Positions 26,673 through 35,946 of a stretch of DNA of 64,000 nt are shown here, piece after piece. This stretch comes from a virus. A model generated the notes under the pieces. It ran no database searches, was not told where the DNA came from, and saw only the letters and a list, made by a program, of their open reading frames with translations. The translations under genes and the position numbers were made by a program. The first letter of the stretch is position 1. Each line of letters opens with the position of its first letter. Location: IMG/VR virus record IMGVR_UViG_3300046692_000091, positions 143,261 through 207,260 of that record; one strand, given 5' to 3'.

Positions 26673-27112
26673 GAGCTATCCTTGCTACCTTTGCACTGAT
26701 CCTCCTCGTAGTACTGGGTGGCCCTGCTAAAGCACAAGACCAACCCTTCGGTACCTTTGCAGTAGAAAAGCTTACCATCACTCCAGCTGTGTGCATGGAG
26801 GTAGGTGCACTGACTGAACAAGCTGTAGGGCACATGCAAACAGGTTCCAGCGATATGGACCTGATCGGTGACTTGGCTGCAATGGCTCAGCGTGATCTCA
26901 ACAATGATTCACACTATCTGGCAGCAATGATGACCAGTACTGCTATCCCGCATATTCGCACACGGATCAATGCCCCAGAAGTTCTGGCATTGGTTAAGAA
27001 GGTACCGGGTAACACCCGTGTATCCGCAGTTGGCTTGGATATGAAGATCAAATGCTCTAAACTAGAAGGCACAACTTACGACGTGCCAAAACGAATTAAA
27101 GCTAAGGTTTAA
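26669..27112 (+). CDS. secreted protein (147 aa), paralog of 27115-27549
   Basis: Signal peptide MRAILATFALILLVVLGGPAKA; shared LTITPAVC segment. Confidence 0.5.
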   Translation: MRAILATFALILLVVLGGPAKAQDQPFGTFAVEKLTITPAVCMEVGALTEQAVGHMQTGSSDMDLIGDLAAMAQRDLNNDSHYLAAMMTSTAIPHIRTRINAPEVLALVKKVPGNTRVSAVGLDMKIKCSKLEGTTYDVPKRIKAKV

Positions 27113-27114
27113 AC

Positions 27115-27549
27115 ATGAAAGTAATGTTTGCTATTTTCGGTCTGTTCTTTATGGGTCTGTTTGGTACTCTTGCGGCTGAGGCCAAAGATGCACCAATCAA
27201 CTACAGCGTTAAAGAAGATCTGGTAATCACACCAACTGTTTGCCAGATATATGCCGACACATTATCGTTGGCGTTGATGAGTTATGCAACCGACGCATCG
27301 TTAACAGATATCACTGGCTTGATGGATAAACAAATCCTGGTGTATATCAAAGACAATGAACAATATCTTGGCCGCACCATGGCAAGCATGGCGCTGGGTA
27401 TATCCCTTAGGATCATGCGTGATCAAGCAGCAGCAGACGGACCGACTATGGCGAATAAAACAACCATAGCGGCAAATATCACAGAAGATACATTTATTTC
27501 GTGTCGACAGGATGTCGGCAAAACCCGCGGTGCATATCGCCGCAACTAA
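27115..27549 (+). CDS. secreted protein (144 aa), paralog of 26669-27112
   Basis: Signal peptide MKVMFAIFGLFFMGLFGTLAAEA; LVITPTVC. Confidence 0.5.
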   Translation: MKVMFAIFGLFFMGLFGTLAAEAKDAPINYSVKEDLVITPTVCQIYADTLSLALMSYATDASLTDITGLMDKQILVYIKDNEQYLGRTMASMALGISLRIMRDQAAADGPTMANKTTIAANITEDTFISCRQDVGKTRGAYRRN

Positions 27550-27559
27550 GGAGGAAGTG

Positions 27560-27760
27560 ATGTATAATAAGTACCTTCGAAAACCTCTCTCTTACCTCAT
27601 CGGATTTATGATAGGATGGATATTACTGGGCGCATTCGTTCCAGTACTGTCAAGGACATTTACCACCATCGGCGACGATGTTTTGGTTTGTAGTCAAGAA
27701 TGGAACTTCATTCGCTTTAAAACCAAATGCCGTGTAGATGTCCCTCTTACCGATCACTGA
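27560..27760 (+). CDS. small membrane protein (66 aa)
   Basis: SD 'aaggaggaagtgATG'; TM helix; terminator follows. Confidence 0.45.
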   Translation: MYNKYLRKPLSYLIGFMIGWILLGAFVPVLSRTFTTIGDDVLVCSQEWNFIRFKTKCRVDVPLTDH

Positions 27761-27763
27761 TCT

Positions 27764-27800
27764 GCGCCGCCCTTCGGGGCGGCTTTGCCTGTTCTTTTTT
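27764..27800 (+). terminator. hairpin + T-rich tract
   Basis: gcgccgcccttcggggcggc + tttgcctgttcttttttg. Confidence 0.6.
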
Positions 27801-27807
27801 GTCTGTT

Positions 27808-27837
27808 TACTCGAAAAAATCTGAAATCTATATTACT
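27808..27837 (+). promoter_or_regulatory. promoter-like motif aaaaaatctgaaatCTATATTACtacagtg
   Basis: Near-identical to 7655 copy; follows terminator. Confidence 0.5.
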
Positions 27838-27947
27838 ACAGTGTATTCAAGACAAAAGAATTAATGTCTAACCGCAGCTAGTGGGGTGGGTTATGTAAAC
27901 GTTAGCAGGAAACTAATACCGTTAGGCATCTAATATAGGAGCATGCA

Positions 27948-28421
27948 ATGGCTTATACCAAATTAGCTATTGTTCGTGGGGAATGGCAACTTGACCCTGA
28001 TCAAGTATTCCGTCTCTATGTGCACCCAACACTCGAACTCATCGACCGTGCCGGAGAAACGCACCATGTATCAGCATTCGCAACAACTGTCGGAAGAGCA
28101 AGTAAATCACGATGTGAAACGTCGGGTACTCTCTTTTGCTCCGCCTCCGAAACCAGTAGCTCGTTTGGGGGAAGACCAGGGCAAGCCTTCAGAACGTCAG
28201 ACCAAAAGTGGCTGGAACCGTTAAGTCCAGACCAAAGTTTTCACATGCTTGGAGAATTGTCTAATAACAGTTCTCCGATTATGGCTGCTCTAGTATCTCG
28301 ATCAGCTGTTCAATGGCTAACTGAAGATATGGAGCCAGATCTCGTTTGCATTGATGATGCGATAGAGACCAACCAGTACGATGGACAGATCATCGAAATT
28401 CTTAAACGCATGAAGGTTTGA
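27948..28421 (+). CDS. hypothetical protein (157 aa)
   Basis: SD 'ataggagcatgcaATG' downstream of promoter motif. Confidence 0.5.
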   Translation: MAYTKLAIVRGEWQLDPDQVFRLYVHPTLELIDRAGETHHVSAFATTVGRASKSRCETSGTLFCSASETSSSFGGRPGQAFRTSDQKWLEPLSPDQSFHMLGELSNNSSPIMAALVSRSAVQWLTEDMEPDLVCIDDAIETNQYDGQIIEILKRMKV

Positions 28422-28762
28422 TAATGAGTAACCGGATTGAAATGTTGGTAAGCCAAATCCCAGATCGTGAAGAGATCATCAAAAAGGGTACGGCTCGTGA
28501 AGTAGAAGAAATCCTGCAATTGGTCATGCTGGAATTCCGTTCAAACGAAGGTGATAACGATACCTTCGCTAAAGTTCAGGATAACGTAGATTCCTGGAAG
28601 TGGTATATCGAGCTTCCATTCGCTGTATCAGAATATGTTCAGCACGCTGTGCGCGATGCACTCGCTGAGAAGTTCTTCGATATTGTTCATTTCAATGACT
28701 ACGGTTCATTCGAAGCTGGCAAGACCCGCATGTCCATCACAGTCCTCAAGAGTGAAAAGTAA
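28418..28762 (+). CDS. hypothetical protein (114 aa)
   Basis: ATGA overlap. Confidence 0.5.
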   Translation: MIMSNRIEMLVSQIPDREEIIKKGTAREVEEILQLVMLEFRSNEGDNDTFAKVQDNVDSWKWYIELPFAVSEYVQHAVRDALAEKFFDIVHFNDYGSFEAGKTRMSITVLKSEK

Positions 28763-29091
28763 TGTGCCATATTCACCACGATCCTGATGCTATCATTCAG
28801 GCTTATACCGAAGCAGTCACCAAACGCGTAATCGACCAGATCATGGCACTGCATGGCGAAGACTTAATGCCAGCAGTGATTCGCCTTAATAGGGATGGCT
28901 TGGTGTTCCAGCATCTGATCAATGAAGATATCCATTCTGCATCCAAAGCAGGTATGTCCATCATCCGTGAGATGAATAGCCTGGGATTTGTTGATATTAA
29001 GTTCTATGATCACTGCATCGCTGGCCAGCGTACTTCGATGGAATATACTCTGACGACTATCGAGAACTTCGAGGTTATTCTGAATGTTTGA
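28762..29091 (+). CDS. hypothetical protein (109 aa)
   Basis: taATG overlap. Confidence 0.5.
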   Translation: MCHIHHDPDAIIQAYTEAVTKRVIDQIMALHGEDLMPAVIRLNRDGLVFQHLINEDIHSASKAGMSIIREMNSLGFVDIKFYDHCIAGQRTSMEYTLTTIENFEVILNV

Positions 29092-29359
29092 TCTGACTAA
29101 GTGCGATACGTTCCATGAGGGTGATGTGCTTCTCACTTTCAAAATTGGTGACGATGAAACTAAAGCCAAGATGATCCCAGTAATGGCGAGCTTGGGTCTG
29201 TACCAATGGGCTTACTCCAAACGTGAAGACGATGGCTGTGAGCAATACTTGTTCGTAGCTGATTACGAACAGCGTAAGGTTGATCATCTGCGTAGCTGCA
29301 TGAATTCGTTGTCTTTGCCGGAAAGCTTTAAAGCAAAGCTCTCGGAACTGGCTTCATGA
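29084..29359 (+). CDS. hypothetical protein (91 aa)
   Basis: ORF. Confidence 0.5.
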   Translation: MFDLTKCDTFHEGDVLLTFKIGDDETKAKMIPVMASLGLYQWAYSKREDDGCEQYLFVADYEQRKVDHLRSCMNSLSLPESFKAKLSELAS

Positions 29360-29694
29360 TTCAATACCCATGTGATCTCCTAGCAGAACAACTTAAGAAG
29401 CTGCGTGAGCGGTTCTGGTGGCTTACTGGCGACACATTGCCCCTACCGGGTGAATACATCATCGATCAGTCTCATGGACGTTTCTACGAGTCCACTGAAG
29501 AACTGGTCACTCGTCGGCGTGAATGGCTTATTAACCGATCAGGCAAGACTGCGTTCCGTTTCAACTTCGATGGTGAGGCTGAAACTTTATACGTAGGTTC
29601 GCTAACAGATGAGGATGAAATCATCTTCTCTTGGTTACGTGGTGAGGATACTAAACATGACAAAGGAACTATTCCCGGAGAACCTGTCGTTTGA
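29356..29694 (+). CDS. hypothetical protein (112 aa)
   Basis: ATGA overlap. Confidence 0.5.
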   Translation: MIQYPCDLLAEQLKKLRERFWWLTGDTLPLPGEYIIDQSHGRFYESTEELVTRRREWLINRSGKTAFRFNFDGEAETLYVGSLTDEDEIIFSWLRGEDTKHDKGTIPGEPVV

Positions 29695-29839
29695 AGAAGT
29701 CTTAGCTAGTGTGGCGGGGGGTGCTTTAGTGCAGTCCCGTCATCTACCTGAAACCAAACTTGCGCTGGAACCTACCCAACAGACGGATCGATTGGAACTC
29801 AAACCAAATCCAGAATATCTGGTGGACGTGTACATATGA
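29657..29839 (+). CDS. hypothetical small protein (60 aa)
   Basis: Internal ATG; overlaps previous gene by ~38 nt. Confidence 0.3.
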   Translation: MTKELFPENLSFEEVLASVAGGALVQSRHLPETKLALEPTQQTDRLELKPNPEYLVDVYI

Positions 29840-30114
29840 GCAGCAAACAAATGACCCTGATCCGTGGGGTTATGGTAAACGATCTGTTGGAAATCAATCA
29901 ACAGGTTCAAGATGGTATCGATAGCCAAGAGTTAGGCTTTACCATCGATCAAGCTGTTGCTGTTAAACAAGCAATCCAAGACACTACTGTCGGTGTACTG
30001 CATGTGATCGACAAGCATGCGCAAATCTTTCCTGCTGGTCATGATCTCGGCTCTAATCCTTTCTTTAATGAATCGGAACTAGCCGAAGCTTACATCGAAG
30101 CAATCAACTCTTAA
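29836..30114 (+). CDS. small acidic protein ending ...YIEAINS (INS-tail family)
   Basis: ATGA overlap; C-terminal aromatic-x3-[IV]NS shared with 7 others. Confidence 0.5.
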   Translation: MSSKQMTLIRGVMVNDLLEINQQVQDGIDSQELGFTIDQAVAVKQAIQDTTVGVLHVIDKHAQIFPAGHDLGSNPFFNESELAEAYIEAINS

Positions 30115-30122
30115 GGAACAAC

Positions 30123-30371
30123 ATGGATACCGAAGAACTCGTTGAATCTGTTGCAGAGGCTAATGACCTCAAACAAAAAGAAATTCTGGATGGCATGATC
30201 GGTATTCGTATCGAAGCAGAAGCTATGCCCCAAGTAGAAGGCATTCATCACGCTATCTCTGAAACTGCTCGTCTGTATGAAGGCGCATTCGTTCTGGAAG
30301 TAACTGCCAATGGTTGTGCTACCGAATACATGGGTACCGCAGATCGTTACCTGGAGTACGTTAACTCGTGA
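30123..30371 (+). CDS. small acidic protein ending ...YLEYVNS (INS-tail family)
   Basis: SD 'taaggaacaacATG'. Confidence 0.5.
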   Translation: MDTEELVESVAEANDLKQKEILDGMIGIRIEAEAMPQVEGIHHAISETARLYEGAFVLEVTANGCATEYMGTADRYLEYVNS

Positions 30372-30604
30372 CCCATCTTGTCCCTGATGAGAAAGTCGAT
30401 GCTGCTGCAAAGCTATTCATCGACTGGTCACGCAGTGTAGATGAAGATGAGTTCGAAGCCACCTTCAAAGGTCTTGATGGTATCCTTGATATTCTAGCTA
30501 AGGCGATGATTATCCCATTGGATACTAAAGATCGTCTCACTGCTGCGATTGGCCGTATCAATGAAGAAGAGGAAAAGAAAACCTTCGAAGACTTCTTCAA
30601 ATAA
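30368..30604 (+). CDS. small acidic protein (GTG start), no INS tail
   Basis: GTGA overlap with upstream stop. Confidence 0.4.
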   Translation: MTHLVPDEKVDAAAKLFIDWSRSVDEDEFEATFKGLDGILDILAKAMIIPLDTKDRLTAAIGRINEEEEKKTFEDFFK

Positions 30605-30674
30605 AGAACTACTAATTCCCGTAATACAATGCGTGAATGTTTCGCGCTAATCATTCTCAATAGGAAGCACCGCA

Positions 30675-30908
30675 ATGACTGACAAAATCGTAGAAGCCAA
30701 TGTTGAATCCCGTGATGCCCTGATCAGTATTATCAATGAAGTCCGTAGCACCGCCAATGGCGAAGTCACCATCGCTGCCGCTGTTGATGTTGCAATCACC
30801 GGCACCGTAATTGCTGTTGAACAAGCTGTCCTGTCCGGTGGCATGGGTTCGGTAGTTGACCTGAACGAAGCCCTGGGTAAGAACTGGGCCGAAGCCGTTA
30901 ACTCCTAA
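30675..30908 (+). CDS. small acidic protein ending ...WAEAVNS (INS-tail family)
   Basis: SD 'aggaagcaccgcaATG'. Confidence 0.5.
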   Translation: MTDKIVEANVESRDALISIINEVRSTANGEVTIAAAVDVAITGTVIAVEQAVLSGGMGSVVDLNEALGKNWAEAVNS

Positions 30909-31192
30909 TGGCGCTGTCCCTAATCGACTCAGGGTTGTTCAAGCTGTTGGACCGTGATCGTGACCAACTGGTGTGCGATGAGTTCAAAGATGCACGTGAC
31001 GAGGCCGGTAATCTAACCGTCGCCTCCGTCTCTGCAGCTATGGATAAACTGTACGACAGAACAGTCGGACAAACGTTGTACGCTTTAGATAGCGTAGGCT
31101 TCTTCACGATTGCCGATACTAAAGCTAGAACAATTACAGATATCGTTTCTCAGTCAATGGGCGACGAATGGTTCGCTGCAATCAACTCGTAA
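30908..31192 (+). CDS. small acidic protein ending ...WFAAINS (INS-tail family)
   Basis: taATG overlap. Confidence 0.5.
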   Translation: MALSLIDSGLFKLLDRDRDQLVCDEFKDARDEAGNLTVASVSAAMDKLYDRTVGQTLYALDSVGFFTIADTKARTITDIVSQSMGDEWFAAINS

Positions 31193-31201
31193 GGAAATCC
31201 G

Positions 31202-31549
31202 ATGTTCCCTGTTTACTTCCAAGGTAGTGTAGTTGGTGCCATTCTAGGTATCATCTTGATTCTCTCGTTGGCAACCATTCTGATTCGCAATAAAAGCGAA
31301 GGCATGAAGTGGTTCTCCAACAAATACCGCTGGTTGGTGGCAACCGCTATACTGGTCAGTTGGACTGGTTCGTTCGTCAATATCGGTCTACACCAAGTTG
31401 AAGGTGATCGTGCCCGATTCGATCAAGCTGGTACTCTCACCGAGAAGAACATTCCTAAGGTTACTCGTGACACTCCTTCACCGGAGTCGGCACGTAAAGC
31501 TGCTGACGAATCTCGCAAAGAGATCGACGCCGGTAACCTGAACAAGTAA
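31202..31549 (+). CDS. membrane protein (115 aa)
   Basis: Two TM helices; SD 'taaggaaatccgATG'. Confidence 0.5.
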   Translation: MFPVYFQGSVVGAILGIILILSLATILIRNKSEGMKWFSNKYRWLVATAILVSWTGSFVNIGLHQVEGDRARFDQAGTLTEKNIPKVTRDTPSPESARKAADESRKEIDAGNLNK

Positions 31550-31591
31550 TACCTGGTTACACTCAAACTCGAATTCAAAAGGAAATGCTAC

Positions 31592-32455
31592 ATGAAACTG
31601 CTGTCCGTTATCAAGTCCGCTGCACTCGCCATGATCGCCGTCGTTGCACTGCAAGGCTGCTCGTTCGAAGTCATCCCACCTGCCTTCAAAGGTAAGATTC
31701 TGACTACCTCTGGTTACAACCCAGAGATCCTGGAACCAGGTAAAGAAACTCTGTGGGGTCGTGATGAACTGGTCCTGCTGGAAACCGGTACTCGCACTGT
31801 TGCTGAAACCATCACCGTGAAGATGGATGACAAACTCGATCTGACTTTCGATGTTCGTTTCCGTACTCGCATTGGCGGGGACAAGAAAGTCCTGAACCAA
31901 ATGTTCAATGACATTCAGGTCAAAGAAAAGCGTGTGACACTGCAACAAGTCTACGGTGTGTATGGTCTTGATGTAGTGCAATCGGTATCTCGTTCAGTTG
32001 TTGGCAAATACAAAACCGAAGATGTCGGTGCTAACTTCGATAAGATCACCGCTGATCTGTCTGAACGTCTCGTGAAAGCAATGGTTAATTCCCCCCTGGA
32101 AGTATCGAACGTTACTCTTGGTAATCTGAAGTATCCTAAAGTGATTACTGAAGCGATCGAGAAACAACAAGAGCGTCTGCTGGCTATTGAAACTGAAACC
32201 AACCAGCAAGCCATCGAAACAGTTAAACGTGATAACCAACTGCGGTTGGCACAACTGGATCGCGATATCGAACTGACCAAAGCCAAGACTCTGCGGGATG
32301 CTAACGCCATTACTGCGGATGGTCTGAGCCCGGCACTGCTGCAATACCGTGCTCTGGACGTACAAGAGAAAATGGCTGAGAATGATGCCGCTGTATTCGT
32401 ACCATACGAAGCCTTCGGTACCGCTGGCATGTCTAACCGTATCTTCAACAAGTAA
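31592..32455 (+). CDS. SPFH/band-7 (HflC/K-like) domain lipoprotein
   Basis: Lipobox MKLLSVIKSAALAMIAVVALQGC; long Ala/Glu/Gln-rich coiled-coil typical of SPFH proteins. Confidence 0.55.
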   Translation: MKLLSVIKSAALAMIAVVALQGCSFEVIPPAFKGKILTTSGYNPEILEPGKETLWGRDELVLLETGTRTVAETITVKMDDKLDLTFDVRFRTRIGGDKKVLNQMFNDIQVKEKRVTLQQVYGVYGLDVVQSVSRSVVGKYKTEDVGANFDKITADLSERLVKAMVNSPLEVSNVTLGNLKYPKVITEAIEKQQERLLAIETETNQQAIETVKRDNQLRLAQLDRDIELTKAKTLRDANAITADGLSPALLQYRALDVQEKMAENDAAVFVPYEAFGTAGMSNRIFNK

Positions 32456-32471
32456 CACTGTCTAACGGACT

Positions 32472-32510
32472 GCCTCCCTTCGGGGAGGCTTTCTGTCATT
32501 TCTTTTTTGT
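32472..32510 (+). terminator. hairpin + T-rich tract
   Basis: gcctcccttcggggaggc + tttctgtcatttcttttttg. Confidence 0.6.
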
Positions 32511-32519
32511 GAGGTTACG

Positions 32520-32798
32520 ATGACTCAATTCGACGAATCTTTCCAGGCAATCGAACGAAACATCTCAGGTGGTAGTTACGCCCGGAATAATCCTTGCCCA
32601 GTCTCTCAAGCTTTCGCTAATGGCTTGGAAGAAGGAGCACGTCATGGTGTACGGGTAACGCTGGATATCCTGGAGCTCCATGGGCATCTAGAAAATGAAG
32701 AAGCTGGTAAAGTATCCATCCAGAACCAATGGGATGATTGGTACCACACCATGCTTGACGAACATGTCGATGTAATTAACGGAGTACCCACAGAATGA
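32520..32798 (+). CDS. hypothetical protein (92 aa)
   Basis: SD 'gaggttacgATG' after terminator. Confidence 0.45.
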   Translation: MTQFDESFQAIERNISGGSYARNNPCPVSQAFANGLEEGARHGVRVTLDILELHGHLENEEAGKVSIQNQWDDWYHTMLDEHVDVINGVPTE

Positions 32799-33052
32799 CC
32801 CCTGTACCATCTGATTTCTTTCGTGGTCTAGTAGAACACATTGCCCATAACACCAAGCAGCATGATGCGATTGATCTCGCCTTGGTCCATTCTGGAGCAG
32901 CAATGACACTGGACTACTTTGCACTGCAGACAATTCGTGCAGAGCCAGACGGCTCGCATATAAACGCAATGGCTATGTCTGATTGTTTCCGGGAGCATGC
33001 CGAACTGTTCTATGCTGATCCTGAACAACAGCAAGCAAAAAAAGACGCATAG
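32795..33052 (+). CDS. hypothetical protein (85 aa)
   Basis: ATGA overlap. Confidence 0.45.
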   Translation: MTPVPSDFFRGLVEHIAHNTKQHDAIDLALVHSGAAMTLDYFALQTIRAEPDGSHINAMAMSDCFREHAELFYADPEQQQAKKDA

Positions 33053-33089
33053 GCATTCCCTATGTATTAACTCCATTCGGAACACCAAA

Positions 33090-33197
33090 ATGAAACACCG
33101 CATCATAGCCTTCTTCTATGAATACCGTAACCCATTGGGGTTAGCGCTCGTAGGTGGGCTATACATCGCTTTCGTAAATCTCTCTGGCCTCAGTTGA
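33090..33197 (+). CDS. small membrane peptide (35 aa)
   Basis: MKHRIIAFFYEYRNPLGLALVGGLYIAFVNLSGLS. Confidence 0.3.
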   Translation: MKHRIIAFFYEYRNPLGLALVGGLYIAFVNLSGLS

Positions 33198-33213
33198 CAA
33201 AAGGAAAACTGCA

Positions 33214-33672
33214 ATGTCTCCCGCTCTTGTTCTCTCCCTCGCTGCTATTGTAATCGTTCTACTCGTTGCCTACTATGCGTGGGTTGGTCTTATCAATGCT
33301 ACCGGTGGTGGCTTGAAAGAGTGGGTAGATGCAGACTTTCCTGATATCGTGCATACGCCGAAAGCGACATGGTTGACTGGGTTTAAATATCGCCAACATG
33401 GCTTGTCTGTTAAAGCTAAATTGGATGTGCCGATCTGTCTAGAATATGATCAGCATGTACATCTTGGTCGGTTCTCTGTGGTTGACACCTTTGCACGTTC
33501 CGCCAGTTCATTAGACGGGGTTGATCAGAACCATGAAAAGGATCTGGTTGCCTATGACTTTGGTATGGATCTGGAACTCATGACTGGTGGTCAAATCGCT
33601 ATGCGCGTAGTCTATAACCGCATCAGTATTACCGACATCGAACCAGTCATCAAGGAGTCTGCCTGTGAGTGA
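33214..33672 (+). CDS. membrane-anchored protein (152 aa)
   Basis: N-terminal TM LVLSLAAIVIVLLVAYYAWVGL; SD 'aaaggaaaactgcaATG'. Confidence 0.5.
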   Translation: MSPALVLSLAAIVIVLLVAYYAWVGLINATGGGLKEWVDADFPDIVHTPKATWLTGFKYRQHGLSVKAKLDVPICLEYDQHVHLGRFSVVDTFARSASSLDGVDQNHEKDLVAYDFGMDLELMTGGQIAMRVVYNRISITDIEPVIKESACE

Positions 33673-34018
33673 GTACCCAAAGGCAACCAAGGCCGAGCTT
33701 GAAAAAGCATATGCCTTGGTTAATGAATTAGAGAAAGAACTCGTAGCCGATTCACAAATGGCACGTGGAATTTGGTTTGCTGATATTCAAGCGAACGTCC
33801 TAGATCAGAACCCCCCAAAGTTTGACAAAGGGTCAACGATGACCCAAGCTTTCCGCATGGGGATTGATCGTGGTGTGGAATGTGTATTGAGCGCAGTCGA
33901 TTCTCGGGGCATCCTGATGATCGATGGCAATGATCGAATGCTCAACGTAGACATCACTAGCGATGGTCCGGATATGTTACCCCTGGTAGATCTGTGGACT
34001 ACCTACATTAATAGCTGA
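33665..34018 (+). CDS. protein ending ...WTTYINS (INS-tail family)
   Basis: GTGA overlap; C-terminal INS. Confidence 0.5.
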   Translation: MSEYPKATKAELEKAYALVNELEKELVADSQMARGIWFADIQANVLDQNPPKFDKGSTMTQAFRMGIDRGVECVLSAVDSRGILMIDGNDRMLNVDITSDGPDMLPLVDLWTTYINS

Positions 34019-34025
34019 GGTCTCG

Positions 34026-34361
34026 ATGTATCAAACCACCAATGATGAACGTTGGGCAAAAGCCACGACTCGTGTTATCACTGATGCTGAGATGAATAAT
34101 GCCAGTATCCGTATTGGTCAGAACATGATGTTCCAAGGGCTCAATCAGGACCTTAAGGAATTGAATCAGCTGGTCGATATGGACGAGGATAAAATCAAGT
34201 GTGTCCAGCTAGGTATGTGCATGGTTTTCAATTACATTGAAGACGCTCAGTTAGAACTGATCAGTAAAGAAGATCAGGGTTCACTGAATCCTACTCATGA
34301 ATCACATGACTATCATCTTGGTTTTGCATGGGATAGTTACATCGCTTCTATTAATAGCTAG
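34026..34361 (+). CDS. protein ending ...YIASINS (INS-tail family)
   Basis: SD 'tgaggtctcgATG'. Confidence 0.5.
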   Translation: MYQTTNDERWAKATTRVITDAEMNNASIRIGQNMMFQGLNQDLKELNQLVDMDEDKIKCVQLGMCMVFNYIEDAQLELISKEDQGSLNPTHESHDYHLGFAWDSYIASINS

Positions 34362-34423
34362 GCTCTGTATGATCTTATGTATCTATGTTTGTAGATATCA
34401 TCCTGATCACTAAGGAGTCTTAA

Positions 34424-34963
34424 ATGGCTATTCTGAAGAAAATTGAAGCTGTTGCTGCACGTGTAGCACAGGACATCACCCCACTGGAACTGTTCATCAA
34501 TGAACACCTGACTACTCAGCGTGTAATTGATTACATCAGCAATACCCAGATCGATAACCCGTCCATCCGTGTTAACATTGATGGCGCTACCCTGACCACT
34601 CCAGCCGTCGCTGCTCTGAAGGCTTCCATTGAAGCTGCAGAATGGAAAGACGTTGAAGTCATCCAGGAAGCTAAACGTGTAGTCGTTGCTTTCTCGGTTA
34701 AACCAAAGGTTGACGTTTACGTCGCCACCGTTAGCCCTGCTTCTCCATCGGTAGCTGTTGCTGGCACCGTACAACTTGTCGTTACTGTAACTAAGAACGG
34801 CGAAGCGTATAGCGCTACTCCTACCTATACCTCTGGTACTCCAGCTAAAGCCACCGTTGCATCTAACGGTCTGGTTACTGGTGTTGCCGTTGGTACTTCG
34901 GTTATCACCATTGCTGAAGCTGGCAAGTACAGCGTCACCAAGACTGTTACCGTTACTGCTTAA
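34424..34963 (+). CDS. bacterial Ig-like (Big_2) domain protein
   Basis: C-terminal VAVAGTVQLVVTVTKNGEAY...LVTGVAVGTSVITIAEAGKYSVTKTVTVTA; SD 'taaggagtcttaaATG'. Confidence 0.55.
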   Translation: MAILKKIEAVAARVAQDITPLELFINEHLTTQRVIDYISNTQIDNPSIRVNIDGATLTTPAVAALKASIEAAEWKDVEVIQEAKRVVVAFSVKPKVDVYVATVSPASPSVAVAGTVQLVVTVTKNGEAYSATPTYTSGTPAKATVASNGLVTGVAVGTSVITIAEAGKYSVTKTVTVTA

Positions 34964-34969
34964 TATATC

Positions 34970-35002
34970 GCCTATCCTTCGGGATAGGCTTTATGTTGTT
35001 TT
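34970..35002 (+). terminator. hairpin + CTTTATG; exact 33-nt repeat of 48805-48837
   Basis: gcctatccttcgggataggctttatgttgttt. Confidence 0.55.
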
Positions 35003-35007
35003 CTTTT

Positions 35008-35037
35008 ATTCAAACTTTTTAAACGCCTATATTACAT
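35008..35037 (+). promoter_or_regulatory. promoter-like motif actttttaaacgcCTATATTAC
   Basis: Same layout as 21717 copy. Confidence 0.5.
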
Positions 35038-35069
35038 TCTTGGATTCACTAACTATAGGAAAAGGCCCG

Positions 35070-35453
35070 ATGACTAGTGTAAAGACCGATCGCGAACGCG
35101 TAGAAAAACTGTCAATGTTCAGCATAGATCTCACCCAGAAGATCCGTTCACTAATCGATGTCTTAGGACCATACGCACCTCTGGCACAAGCGTTGTCCGA
35201 ATACCCTGATGCCTTAATCGTAAAAGCACAAGTAAAATTGCGTGGCTCAAGTAATAGTCTCTATCAGGTCTCTATCCTAGATAGTGGTCAACTGCAAGAA
35301 GTGTTCGTCACCGACAATGACGTATCTCGCTATATTGCACTCCGCTTTAACAAAGCGGTATTTGGTACGAGCGACATATTCGATCGTGCCTCAATCTCCG
35401 TTGATGGTGTGACTATTGATCCTGAATCTCAGGGTCTAGCCGACATCGACTGA
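35070..35453 (+). CDS. hypothetical protein (127 aa)
   Basis: SD 'aggaaaaggcccgATG' downstream of promoter motif. Confidence 0.45.
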   Translation: MTSVKTDRERVEKLSMFSIDLTQKIRSLIDVLGPYAPLAQALSEYPDALIVKAQVKLRGSSNSLYQVSILDSGQLQEVFVTDNDVSRYIALRFNKAVFGTSDIFDRASISVDGVTIDPESQGLADID

Positions 35454-35457
35454 GAAC

Positions 35458-35490
35458 AGTAACCCTTCGGGGTTACATATTTTTCTTTGT
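35458..35490 (+). terminator. hairpin + T-rich tract
   Basis: gtaacccttcggggttac + atatttttctttg. Confidence 0.55.
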
Positions 35491-35511
35491 GTGTTTTAAG
35501 GAATTTGCAGT

Positions 35512-35946
35512 ATGACAGTTGCACCAGAAATGGTTCCATTCGTTTATTGCGGTGGTACGTTAGCTGTATTCATCATAGGTACATTACTGTTCTTACTTAT
35601 CCGCGGCATGATGGATCAGCGTGAGAATGAAAAGCCCGGCGAAAACAAACGTACTCGTTACATGATGCGTTTCGTTTATGATGCAGTTAACGTTAGGAGA
35701 ATCGGCTATTACTCTACGAATACGATGAAGCCTTATATACAGGCGTATCCAAAGTATGCGGCGGTAATAACTGGTTATCCGGCGGCGAAGTCTGTGTTTG
35801 ATGACCATGCTAAACTAAGCCTTGGTCAAGTCAAAGAACAATTTGCTTATCTGTACCCTACGTGCCGAATCTATCTAATGGAAGAACGCACTTACTTCGG
35901 TATTAAATCCTGGTATGACCTAACGAGCGTGGATCTGGTCCCATGA
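35512..35946 (+). CDS. membrane protein (144 aa)
   Basis: N-terminal TM VYCGGTLAVFIIGTLLFLLI. Confidence 0.5.
   Translation: MTVAPEMVPFVYCGGTLAVFIIGTLLFLLIRGMMDQRENEKPGENKRTRYMMRFVYDAVNVRRIGYYSTNTMKPYIQAYPKYAAVITGYPAAKSVFDDHAKLSLGQVKEQFAYLYPTCRIYLMEERTYFGIKSWYDLTSVDLVP

Noticed and set aside
31478-32499. Minus-strand ORFs (167, 182 and 154 aa) overlapping the SPFH gene
   Set aside because: Shadow frames of the Ala/Glu-rich SPFH coding sequence.
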